DNA from: an uncultured Gammaproteobacteria bacterium
GTDB lineage: Bacteria; Patescibacteriota; Microgenomatia; Levybacterales; GWA1-39-11
Reading direction: 5' to 3'
Assembly (NCBI GenBank): GCA_964425075.1
Contig: CAYRKM010000001.1
Coordinates: 331,060-395,059, forward strand
Length of the DNA stretch: 64,000 nucleotides
Positions within the stretch are counted from its first letter, which is position 1. Each line of letters starts with the position of its first letter. Below the pieces are notes generated by a model. That model ran no database searches, was not told the origin of the DNA, and worked only from the letters and a program-made list of their open reading frames with translations. This document shows positions 26,577 through 34,985 of the stretch, piece after piece. The translations under genes were made by a program, and so were the position numbers.

Positions 26577-28163
26577 TTATCTAATTTTTTTATAAATAGA
26601 TACTGTTGGTCTATCAAACACGCTAGTTGTTTCCTCGGAAGTAAAAATTGGATTACCAAAATATAGAATGTTGCACCAAATAGAACATTGGGTTTCATAG
26701 ATCTTTCTAAAATTTCCCTTTTCATAATAAAGTTTTGAATAAAAGTCATATCCTTTTGGAAATAGGGTTGGATTTGAAAGTCTAGATTTTAGTATTCTCT
26801 GACTTGGAAGAAGAACATAATCTGCGTTATTTAAAAGTAGATGGAGCTCATCTTCTGCATGAGTTTTTTCATCTAAAGTATAAAAATCAAAAAGTACTAT
26901 ATTCGATAAGTTTCTATTGAATGCAATAATACCCAAATCATACTGTTCGCTTAAAACGAGAGAATTTGGTGGAATATTTTTCGATGCCCAGGAGGAAGCT
27001 TTGATTACTGTGGATTCTTTGGTTAGCAATATATATGAAAGTGCATGAATAAAAGATATAGCAATCGTAAAACCTATTAAAATATATGCACCTTTTTTTA
27101 TGGTGTCGTTTTTTGTTTTAAGAAGTGAGCTTAAGAAAATACTTACAAGAAGATATATAAAGGGAAGTGTTGGCAACATATATCTGCTCCATTTAGCAAA
27201 GAGAACTGTTTGTGGAATAAATAGAATCAAAAAACCCAAAAGCGTGAGTAGTATTTTTTTATTTCGCGTTCTAATAAAGGGAATAATTGCACTAACGATA
27301 CTAAGCGGAAGCAAAAGCGTGACGATTGGATTTATCAAAAAAGGGAAGATGTCGGTAAGATGATATAAAATAGGAGTAGTTTTATTAAAGGATTGAGTGT
27401 AAAAAACATCAAGAGAGCCGGTTACTACACCCCTTTCGTATTTTATAAGGTTTAAAAAATCAGGAGTTGTATAGTAAGGAGAAAGGATAAATACGAATGC
27501 AAAAGAGACAATTCCAAATAATAAATATAAGATAAAAAACTTTTTAGTTATATCTTTTTCTCTTAGTAAAAAAAACAATGGTAGAGAAATGATGGGGAAA
27601 AATGAAATACTCGTAATTTTTGCACTAGCAGCAACACAAAGTGAGATGGCCGCAAAATAGAAATACTTTCCTTTTTTGTATTTTACTAATAATAGTGAAA
27701 AGTAAAATGAAAGCGAAATCCAGAAAGCAATAAAAGTGTCATATGTTCCAAAATGAGCGTTTTGTATAAGGCCAGTTGAAAATGCTGCAAGACTTAGTGC
27801 GATAAATCCTATTTTTTTTGAAAATAAATTTCCGGTTTTGTAGATTATAATTAAAGTTAATGCGGAAAAAATAACAGATGTTAATCTAAGAATAAGCGTT
27901 GATAGTACGAAAACGTTAATGGGTAGGTTAAAGTTTAAAAGTATAAGTCTGGGTACTTGAAGAAAAAGAGAAGGAAAATTCCCGTAAGAAAAAGTACCCT
28001 TAAATAAATAAGATGGAAATTTTTCGAATGGATCAAGAGACAAGAGAGATGCTATATTTCTTTCGTCGGGATGAAAATAAAAGGGTGCCCCCCAATTAAT
28101 ATTTATTATTCGTAAGATAAAACCAGTTGCAATTAATAGAAAAACGAAGTTTATTTTTTTCAT
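26577..28163 (-). CDS. GT39/PMT/ArnT-like membrane glycosyltransferase, tandem paralogue of the preceding gene
   Basis: ININWGAPFYFHPDERNIASLLSL follows the first TM and closely parallels the neighbouring gene's NINWDNNYYFHPDERAIIMF. Confidence 0.65.
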   Translation of the reverse strand: MKKINFVFLLIATGFILRIININWGAPFYFHPDERNIASLLSLDPFEKFPSYLFKGTFSYGNFPSLFLQVPRLILLNFNLPINVFVLSTLILRLTSVIFSALTLIIIYKTGNLFSKKIGFIALSLAAFSTGLIQNAHFGTYDTFIAFWISLSFYFSLLLVKYKKGKYFYFAAISLCVAASAKITSISFFPIISLPLFFLLREKDITKKFFILYLLFGIVSFAFVFILSPYYTTPDFLNLIKYERGVVTGSLDVFYTQSFNKTTPILYHLTDIFPFLINPIVTLLLPLSIVSAIIPFIRTRNKKILLTLLGFLILFIPQTVLFAKWSRYMLPTLPFIYLLVSIFLSSLLKTKNDTIKKGAYILIGFTIAISFIHALSYILLTKESTVIKASSWASKNIPPNSLVLSEQYDLGIIAFNRNLSNIVLFDFYTLDEKTHAEDELHLLLNNADYVLLPSQRILKSRLSNPTLFPKGYDFYSKLYYEKGNFRKIYETQCSIWCNILYFGNPIFTSEETTSVFDRPTVSIYKKIR

Positions 28164-29443
28164 GAAGAATTTGTAACAAGATCTGAAACTTTTTCCCCCA
28201 GCTCAACTGCATAATTTGTGCCCCTATCCCATGGATAAACTTGCTGAATATTTGCTAAATATATATTTTTTAGTGGGGTATGAAGCGGTGGAATTTTTTT
28301 AGAATAATTTTTTGGAATAATTGGTTGAGCATAAGGTGCTTTAAAGAGTTTTGAAGATATGATATTTTCCTTATAGTGAGGATTAATTTTTCTAAGCCAA
28401 GGGTCATACAAATCAAGTAGTTCGTCTTTTGACATAGAAAACCTTTTGTCATTCGGGTCCATGTAATTTCCCACATACAATAAATGTTCATTGTTGTAAT
28501 GATTTTTATCCATAAAATTGGTATGTTCAACAATTGCAAGAATTGGCGAATCAATGTCACACATATTAAGCCAATAGGTGTTATCTGAAAAGAATTTTTC
28601 TTTAAGTCTAATAACTATATTTACTGCGCCAATGCCCTTAAGTGAAGAATAGTTGTTAATATAGGTTTCAGGAAGTTGGGGTGTAATTTTTGTAAAAAGA
28701 AAAGTTGGAAGAGTAACTATTACCCTATCGAATTCCATTGATTTATTTTTTCCGTTTTCAAAATAAGAAACAATCGGCTTCTCATTTGATTCAAGCTTTG
28801 TGATTTCCACGCCGTAATAAAACTTTCCATTTTTTTCCTTAATTCGTTTCTCCAATTGTTTTGCAAAATTGAGAAATCCACCTTTTGGATAAGCAAGGCT
28901 TGGTGTGCGTTTGTAAATTCTTGCCCAAAACCAAGCAAGGGAAACAATGCTTGAATAATTCCCGAGCTTATTTATCATGAGAGGTTCCCAAATAACCCTG
29001 TATGATTCTTTTCCCATTATTTTTTTCAGGAAAGGTTCGGCGGTAAACCCTTCTAAGGGTTTCCAAAAAGGGTTAAATTTAAGAAGAGCTATAGCTATTC
29101 CCATTCGAAGTCTATTTATAAAGGAGAGTTTGGAAAATAATAAAAGAGAAATGGGAGAGTCTAATTGATAAATTCTATCATCAACAAAAGAGGAGGTTTT
29201 GGGGCGCTTTATAATAACTGGATGTCCGATTTTTTTTGCAAGTTTGAGTACGCTTTTATCATTCGTAAACCAATGATGGTAGTGCTCTTCAAGCGTCCAC
29301 TCCCATTCGTTTTCTTCATATCCTATGGCAAGTCCTCCTGGTGAAGTTGCTTTTTCAAAAACGGTTACTTCATGACCTTTTTGAGAAAGTGAGAAAGCAG
29401 CCGATAGGCCAGTAAATCCAGCACCAATAATTCCTATCTTCAT
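28160..29443 (-). CDS. FAD/NAD(P)-binding oxidoreductase, possibly UDP-galactopyranose-mutase-like
   Basis: N-terminal IGIIGAGFTGLSAAFSL...VTVFEK dinucleotide fold. EHYHHWFTNDKSVLKLAKK resembles the UGM HxFHT region. Length 427 aa. Confidence 0.6.
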   Translation of the reverse strand: MKIGIIGAGFTGLSAAFSLSQKGHEVTVFEKATSPGGLAIGYEENEWEWTLEEHYHHWFTNDKSVLKLAKKIGHPVIIKRPKTSSFVDDRIYQLDSPISLLLFSKLSFINRLRMGIAIALLKFNPFWKPLEGFTAEPFLKKIMGKESYRVIWEPLMINKLGNYSSIVSLAWFWARIYKRTPSLAYPKGGFLNFAKQLEKRIKEKNGKFYYGVEITKLESNEKPIVSYFENGKNKSMEFDRVIVTLPTFLFTKITPQLPETYINNYSSLKGIGAVNIVIRLKEKFFSDNTYWLNMCDIDSPILAIVEHTNFMDKNHYNNEHLLYVGNYMDPNDKRFSMSKDELLDLYDPWLRKINPHYKENIISSKLFKAPYAQPIIPKNYSKKIPPLHTPLKNIYLANIQQVYPWDRGTNYAVELGEKVSDLVTNSS

Positions 29444-29489
29444 ATAAATAAAGTTCGATCCACTAAAATCGATAGAACTTACATAAAAA

Positions 29490-29613
29490 GTACATCATAA
29501 TCGCTTTGCTCATGTGATGAGTACATCATAATCGCTTTGCTCATGTGATGAGTACATCATAGTCGCTTTGCTCATGTGATGAGTGCATCATAATTGCTAT
29601 GCTCATATGCCTT
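29490..29613. repeat. Tandem array of four 31-bp direct repeats (GTACATCATAATCGCTTTGCTCATGTGATGA), the fourth degenerate; each unit carries a TCATCA/TGATGA inverted repeat
   Basis: Units at 29490-29520, 29521-29551 and 29552-29582 (one mismatch), then a degenerate unit at 29583-29613. They lie 47-170 nt upstream of the FAD-oxidoreductase start (29443) and downstream of the surface-protein gene. Confidence 0.85.
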
Positions 29614-29616
29614 ACG

Positions 29617-30999
29617 TCATAAAGCAAACAGAAGGAGAGCTCCTGCGATAATAAGCACTATCGAAATTCCAGTAAGTGTTAATGAGTTATTTATTCCTCC
29701 TGCATCTGGCGGAAGAGGAGTTGGTGTGATTGTGGTAGACGGAGTTGTTGGGGTTATTGCAGATGTTGGTAAGGTTGTAGGAGTCAAGGTTGGAGTAGAG
29801 GTTGGTGTGAGAGGTAACGTGGTTGGTGTGGGTGAGGCGGTTGGTTGGAGAGTGGGTGTAGGAGTAGGGGTTGATGTGGGCGTAGGTTGAATCGTTGGTG
29901 TTGCAGATGGTGTTGCGCTTTGAGAGACTTGGGAGCCAGAGGGAAAGACAAAAAATGTAGAAGCTTCTGTTATCTTTTTTCCAGCATCATCAGTTGATTC
30001 AATAACAATGGTGTGCTCACCCTGTGAAAGTTCGGTTGTTGGACGGTAAGACCACACGCCTCCAATATTTGACGAGACTGATGTAGCACCTACGCCTTGT
30101 ATGGTAATTAAAACTGTTCGATTAGGATAGGCAGTCCCTGTAAATAATGGCTGTGAATCGATAAATGATTGGCCGTTTTCAGGAGTTGAAATATCAACCC
30201 TACGACCTATTCCATCTTGCGGAATATTGAGTTGAGATGAGGATGTTGATGTTGCTTCCTCTGTTTTTATAAAGCTATAAGTTTCGAGAAGAGTTACTGG
30301 TGGAAGGTTTTGCGCTACTTTAAATGTAGAATCAACCTCTACCCTCATTGTTTCTCGAAATGCTGTAATTGTGAAAATAGAGGAGGCATCAAATATGAGA
30401 TATTCAGAAAGACCAGAGTTTCTCCAGGAGTTGGTTGGTATTATAAATGCCCCATCATTTGAGGTGATGTCTGAATCAATTTGTCCATTTTTAGTTTTAG
30501 CTACGACTAAGGTATCAGTTCCATTTCCGCCCGTGGGCAGTAATATTTTTCCAAAGAGTGGATTTTGTTTTGGTGGGTCATCAGCAATTTTTTTGCCAGT
30601 TGTTGCTTTATAGGAAGTGTTTTTAAAATGTTTTCCGTTTACAAGAATAGAGAAAGTATATGTACTATTTGGTTCTAGATTAGGAATTGTAATGTGATGA
30701 GAGAAATAGCTTTCCTGCTTTCCAGTTTTTTTGTCTCTGTCATCCAACACTATTGAAGCGCTTTTTCCTTCGGCCATATTAATTACACCACTAGCTTTTA
30801 CTGGCGTTGTAAATACAACAGCAAAAGAAGTATCAGAAATATTTGTAATTAAAATATTTTGGGGTACAGCTTCAGGTGCTGCTTTTCCAACATAAAATAC
30901 GCCTGAACGAATAAGAATGGTTGAGATAACAACAATAATGCATAAAATTCCTAATGCAGCAAGAGTTGGAATTCTTTTGTGAAATAATCCGTTTTTCAT
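29617..30999 (-). CDS. Cell-surface protein with an N-terminal TM/signal anchor, FN3/Ig-like beta domains, a Pro/Thr-rich repetitive linker and a C-terminal hydrophobic tail
   Basis: PQNILITNISDTSFAVVFTT...NLEPNSTYTFSI is FN3-like. The ~70-aa linker is TP-rich (PTPTSTPTPTPTLQPT...). The protein ends GGINNSLTLTGISIVLIIAGALLLFAL. Confidence 0.55.
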   Translation of the reverse strand: MKNGLFHKRIPTLAALGILCIIVVISTILIRSGVFYVGKAAPEAVPQNILITNISDTSFAVVFTTPVKASGVINMAEGKSASIVLDDRDKKTGKQESYFSHHITIPNLEPNSTYTFSILVNGKHFKNTSYKATTGKKIADDPPKQNPLFGKILLPTGGNGTDTLVVAKTKNGQIDSDITSNDGAFIIPTNSWRNSGLSEYLIFDASSIFTITAFRETMRVEVDSTFKVAQNLPPVTLLETYSFIKTEEATSTSSSQLNIPQDGIGRRVDISTPENGQSFIDSQPLFTGTAYPNRTVLITIQGVGATSVSSNIGGVWSYRPTTELSQGEHTIVIESTDDAGKKITEASTFFVFPSGSQVSQSATPSATPTIQPTPTSTPTPTPTLQPTASPTPTTLPLTPTSTPTLTPTTLPTSAITPTTPSTTITPTPLPPDAGGINNSLTLTGISIVLIIAGALLLFAL

Positions 31000-31334
31000 G
31001 GTGTTTGTGTTGCTGATGGGCTTGCTGGTGTTGGTGTGGTTCTAACGGTTTGAGTAGGAGTTGCGCTTGGAATTGATAACGTTCCACCTTGTGTTGCATC
31101 TATTTCCCCTTGAGTTATTACACCGCTTTTACCCTTAAGATCGACAGTTACGGTATTTCTGTTTTTTAATTCCCTTAAAGTTTTTTCATCAAATGATGGT
31201 TCAATTGGCGTTGAGTATGCTTGAGTTATTGGTGTTAGGGTTGATGTGGTTCTTGTATGGTAAATACTCAATGCGATAATAGCAAAAACGACAAAGGCGC
31301 TAAATCCTGATAATAAGATTAAATTTTTAAACAT
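30996..31334 (-). CDS. Small membrane-anchored protein (112 aa) with a Thr/Pro-rich tail, located between the pilO-like gene and the surface-protein gene
   Basis: N-terminal TM LILLSGFSAFVVFAIIALSIY. It shares an ATGA overlap with the downstream gene. Confidence 0.45.
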   Translation of the reverse strand: MFKNLILLSGFSAFVVFAIIALSIYHTRTTSTLTPITQAYSTPIEPSFDEKTLRELKNRNTVTVDLKGKSGVITQGEIDATQGGTLSIPSATPTQTVRTTPTPASPSATQTP

Positions 31335-31364
31335 AATAATTTACATTCAGTATTGAAAGCCTCA

Positions 31365-31985
31365 TCATGGTTTGTAGAAAAATGCGCGTCCTACAACTGA
31401 GGCAGTAAAACCTTCTCTTAGCTGTTTTCCGGTAGTAAGCCTCTCAATACCAATAATTCTTTCCATATTAATAATATCTGACACAAATTTATTAATATCT
31501 TTCTCACTACCATTTACGGTTGTGGAAAATGAGTAAGAAAAGATAGGTTTGTTTTCGTTTTTTGCAGGATAAAGTTCCATAAGACCAATGTCGAGTTTTG
31601 CTACGGTTAAGTTATTTCGCGTTGCAAGAATCTCAACTTGCCTGGTGAGTTCTGCAACACGAGGAGTTAGTGGGATAGCGTTATCGATTAGAGTAAGTTC
31701 AGGCAAGATTTTTGAGTACTGACCGTTTAGTAGTTGCAGGTTTGTATTTTTTTGCTCGAGGGCCTTGAGTACAGAGGAATTTTCCTCAAACTGTCTATTG
31801 AGTTCTGAAATAGTGGTAAGGGTGGGTCCAATTGCAAAAACACCAAAAACGGAGAGAGTAAAAAGTGAAAGAATAACATACATATAAGCAATCGCTTTCT
31901 GTTTGTTTTTCTCAGTATTTAAGAAAGAATTTGATTTTGCGATTAAATCTTTAAGCTGTTGTGTGATTGTTTCTTTTGTTTCCAT
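31365..31985 (-). CDS. PilO-like type IV pilus assembly protein (single TM plus a periplasmic coiled-coil/ferredoxin-like domain)
   Basis: Short cytoplasmic N-terminus, TM AIAYMYVILSLFTLSVFGVFAI, then coiled-coil LNRQFEENSSVLKALEQKNTNLQ. It overlaps the pilN-like stop by 1 nt. The assignment rests on architecture, not a strict motif. Confidence 0.5.
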   Translation of the reverse strand: METKETITQQLKDLIAKSNSFLNTEKNKQKAIAYMYVILSLFTLSVFGVFAIGPTLTTISELNRQFEENSSVLKALEQKNTNLQLLNGQYSKILPELTLIDNAIPLTPRVAELTRQVEILATRNNLTVAKLDIGLMELYPAKNENKPIFSYSFSTTVNGSEKDINKFVSDIINMERIIGIERLTTGKQLREGFTASVVGRAFFYKP

Positions 31986-32560
31986 TATCCATTCCTCCGT
32001 GTCTGTTGTTTCTCTTCTTCTTGTATGATTATTCTGACTTTGAATTTCACACCATCATCAGTTGTGTTGATTTCATCAATTGAGATCAGAACAACAGAGG
32101 GGAATTTTTTCGCTTCCTCAACAAATCCTGTAAGTGTATAAATGGAAAACGTGGTTCCTTCAATTGAAATGGCTTGCTGATTTATCGTAAGGTTGGTGTT
32201 AAAGAAAGTGCCAGCCGAAATTGTATCGAGAACCGCATTCATGACTCTTACTTTTGCTGTTGTATTTTCGTTGGTCAACTTAATGTTTTCTAACCTGTCT
32301 TGGATTCCGCGGTATTTTTTTTCATCTTGGGCCTGTGCTGCAATAAATGCTTCTTGTTGGGCAATTGCATCATGAAGGTCAACTATTTTTCTGTCAATTA
32401 CAAATCTATAGCCAAGTGCTAGGAGAGCTACAAGTTCAATAAGCACAATAATCCCACGTCCTGCGTCTACCGCCCATTTATAAAATACGTCAATAACAGT
32501 AGTCTTCCCTTTTGACGAAAGATTTATTGAAATTTTAGGCTTGTCTTGCTTTTTTGCCAT
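31985..32560 (-). CDS. PilN-like type IV pilus assembly protein
   Basis: The N-terminus MAKKQDKPKISINLSSKGK resembles the PilN INLLP motif. It is followed by the TM GIIVLIELVALLALGYRF and a periplasmic coiled coil. The track start is a TTG at 32608; the ATG is at 32560. Confidence 0.5.
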   Translation of the reverse strand: MAKKQDKPKISINLSSKGKTTVIDVFYKWAVDAGRGIIVLIELVALLALGYRFVIDRKIVDLHDAIAQQEAFIAAQAQDEKKYRGIQDRLENIKLTNENTTAKVRVMNAVLDTISAGTFFNTNLTINQQAISIEGTTFSIYTLTGFVEEAKKFPSVVLISIDEINTTDDGVKFKVRIIIQEEEKQQTRRNG

Positions 32561-32628
32561 GTACTCAGTGTAGAGTTTTTGAAGCTTTTTGTCAAAGGAA
32601 AGAAACAAAAATTGAGGCTAAATTCTAA

Positions 32629-32967
32629 TTAAGATTTTTTTGAAGTAGTCTTTTTTTGAGCTATAGGTCGACCAGCCTTTGGCGGGATGGTCTTTGTTTT
32701 TGTAGCTTTTACAGCAGTCTTTTTTTCTCCTGTAGTTTTAGAAAGCTTTGCAAGTGCGGATTTCATTCGTGATGCTTTATTTTTATGAAGCAATTTATTT
32801 TTTGCTGCTTTATCAATTACAGAGATTGCTTTTTTGACAGAAACGCTTGTCTTTGCTTTCTTTGCACTTCTTACAGCAGTTTTTACAGTGTCACGTAGCA
32901 CGTCATTTTGCTTCTCGCGTTTTTTGTCTTGTCTTAATTTTTTTATTGCTGATTTAATTACTGGCAT
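32629..32967 (-). CDS. rpsT: Ribosomal protein bS20 with a Lys/Thr-rich C-terminal extension
   Basis: MPVIKSAIKKLRQDKKREKQN...LLHKNKASRMKSALAKL matches the S20 pattern (KSAxKR...LIHKNKAARHK). The track ORF starts at an upstream in-frame codon; the S20-like Met is at 32967. Confidence 0.8.
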   Translation of the reverse strand: MPVIKSAIKKLRQDKKREKQNDVLRDTVKTAVRSAKKAKTSVSVKKAISVIDKAAKNKLLHKNKASRMKSALAKLSKTTGEKKTAVKATKTKTIPPKAGRPIAQKKTTSKKS

Positions 32968-33088
32968 ATACAATATCCCTTCTTGTAAAAGGATTTTCGT
33001 TATTCTAACATGAATAAGGAGGAAACTCAAGCATAAATGAGGTGAAATAGAGGGTAGGGCTAAAACCTTGTGAAAGTATTAATACTTG

Positions 33089-33207
33089 ATGGTAAGCGGA
33101 GCTTGCCACAAAGTTTTTTATGGTAAGCAAAGCTTGCCACAAAGTTTTTTATGGTAAGCAAAGCTTGCCACAAAGTTTTTTATGGTAAGCAAAGCTTGCC
33201 ACAAACT
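33089..33207. repeat. Tandem array of four 31-bp direct repeats (ATGGTAAGCAAAGCTTGCCACAAAGTTTTTT) immediately upstream of murJ; each unit reiterates the murJ start context TTTATGGTAA
   Basis: Units at 33089-33119 (variant GCGGAGC), 33120-33150, 33151-33181 and 33182-33207 (truncated). The murJ ATG is at 33216 in the context cgtttATGGTAAAG. Confidence 0.85.
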
Positions 33208-33215
33208 ATTCGTTT

Positions 33216-34868
33216 ATGGTAAAGAATATTGTCAAACAAGGATTGCATGTACTGACTTCCAAACAATCCAACATTTTTACAGCAGCTTTTTTTATTGTTG
33301 TTACAACAGTTCTTGCTCAGATTCTTGGACTTTTAAAATATAGACTTTTGGTTTCAATTTTTGGAGCATCAAGTGATCTTGGTGTGTTTTTAGCAGCTTT
33401 CAGAATTCCTGATCTTTTATTTCAAATCCTTATTGCAGGGGCCTTATCTACTTCATTCATTCCAATGTTTTCAGAGTTTATCTCGCAGGAGAAAAAGGAA
33501 GAGGCGTATGCTTTTACCTCCTCTCTTATCACTTATGGAGTGCTTCTCTTTATAGTAATTTCTGCAATTATCTTCGCATTCGCAGAACCGCTATCTCGGC
33601 TTGTTACTCCGGGTTTTTCCGATCGTGAAATTGTCTTAATGGCTAACCTAACCAGAATTATTCAGCTATCTCAACTCTTTTTTGTAATAGGAATTATTTT
33701 CACTGGAGTTCTACAGTCATTTCAGCATTTTTTAATTCCTGGTCTTGCTTCTGCAGTTTATAACTTGGGAATTATTATTGGGATTATTTTCTTTGCGGCT
33801 GCACTAAATATGGGCATATATGGGGCAACTATTGGAGTGTTGATTGGGTCTTTTTTCTTTTGTATTGTGCAACTTCCTTTACTTTTTAAGTCTGGTTTTT
33901 CTTATAAATTTACACTTAGAAGGCATGAGTCATTAAACAAAATCGCGCGACTTATGATTCCCCGTTCACTTACTCTTCTTGTAGCGCAACTTGCAATTAC
34001 AGCAAACGTATTTTTCGCATCATTTATATCAGCAAGAAGTCTTGTTATTTTTGATCTTGCCCAAACCTTGATGCTTGCTCCAGTTATACTTTTTGGACAG
34101 TCCATCGCTCAAGCCAGTTTTCCTGCGCTATCTTTGAAATCCAAATCTCCTGCCGAATTCGTTAGTATTTTTGTGTCATCTCTCAACCAAATTTTATTTC
34201 TAACGCTTCCAATTAGTGCACTTTTGGTGGTGCTCCGTATTCCAATCGTCAGACTATTCTTTGGAGCATCACGTTTTGATTGGGATGCAACTGTTTCGAC
34301 TGGATTAACTCTTGCTTTACTAGGTGTTTCAATTTCTGCTCAGGGTATAATTTATCTTTTCTCAAGAGCATTTTTTGCATTAAAGGATACACAGACCCCC
34401 TTTTTTATCACACTCTTTTCAGTGCTTATAAATATTGGACTTTCGTTTTATTTTATTTTGATATTAAAGCTGCCTGTTTACTATCTAGGGGTTTCATTTT
34501 CAATTGGAAATATTGCAAGCGCTATTTTGTTGTTAATTGCTCTTAACGCAAAAATGGAATTGCCAAAACTCGAGATATTTATAAGTATTGCAAAAATTGT
34601 TATTGCAGCACTCGTTATGGGGGTTGCACTATATATTCCCATAAAACTTCTTGATCAATTGGTGTTTGACACTACAAGGACGATTAATTTACTAATTCTT
34701 ACTAGCATTGCGTCGGGTTGTGGTATCTTATCCTACGTATTTTTCAGTTGGCTTTTAGACATCAAGGAAGCGTATTACATTATTCAAATAATTAAGCAAT
34801 TTAAGTTTAGACAAAAAATTATGAATCAAATTGGAGAACTTCTTGACGCTTCAAAACTTAACCCATAA
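33216..34868 (+). CDS. murJ: Lipid II flippase MurJ (MviN family)
   Basis: 550 aa with about 14 TM helices. MviN-like N-terminal segments AAFFIVVTTVLAQILGLLKYRLLVSIFG and FRIPDLLFQILIAGALSTSFIPMF. Confidence 0.85.
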   Translation: MVKNIVKQGLHVLTSKQSNIFTAAFFIVVTTVLAQILGLLKYRLLVSIFGASSDLGVFLAAFRIPDLLFQILIAGALSTSFIPMFSEFISQEKKEEAYAFTSSLITYGVLLFIVISAIIFAFAEPLSRLVTPGFSDREIVLMANLTRIIQLSQLFFVIGIIFTGVLQSFQHFLIPGLASAVYNLGIIIGIIFFAAALNMGIYGATIGVLIGSFFFCIVQLPLLFKSGFSYKFTLRRHESLNKIARLMIPRSLTLLVAQLAITANVFFASFISARSLVIFDLAQTLMLAPVILFGQSIAQASFPALSLKSKSPAEFVSIFVSSLNQILFLTLPISALLVVLRIPIVRLFFGASRFDWDATVSTGLTLALLGVSISAQGIIYLFSRAFFALKDTQTPFFITLFSVLINIGLSFYFILILKLPVYYLGVSFSIGNIASAILLLIALNAKMELPKLEIFISIAKIVIAALVMGVALYIPIKLLDQLVFDTTRTINLLILTSIASGCGILSYVFFSWLLDIKEAYYIIQIIKQFKFRQKIMNQIGELLDASKLNP

Positions 34869-34985
34869 CGTTGTTGTTTGCTCAGACTTTTATTTTTTTA
34901 AGGTATAATACTTCAGTCATGGAGAATATAAGGAATTTTGCAATTATATTTCGCTATCGCTCATATGCTAGCGAAAGAAAAATTT

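Noticed and set aside
29490-29613. Possible CRISPR array (regularly spaced repeats)
   Set aside because: The 31-bp units are directly adjacent with no unique spacers between them, and there are only four copies. The same holds for the 33089-33207 array, and no cas genes are in the window. These are tandem direct repeats, not CRISPR.
29594-29890. ORF 29594..29890 (+) encoding a Gly/Val-rich peptide, and similar antisense ORFs at 37243..37776, 37530..37727 and 37785..38036
   Set aside because: They lie antisense within the Pro/Thr-rich low-complexity coding regions of the surface-protein genes. Their open frames are a by-product of the repetitive ACN/GGN composition.
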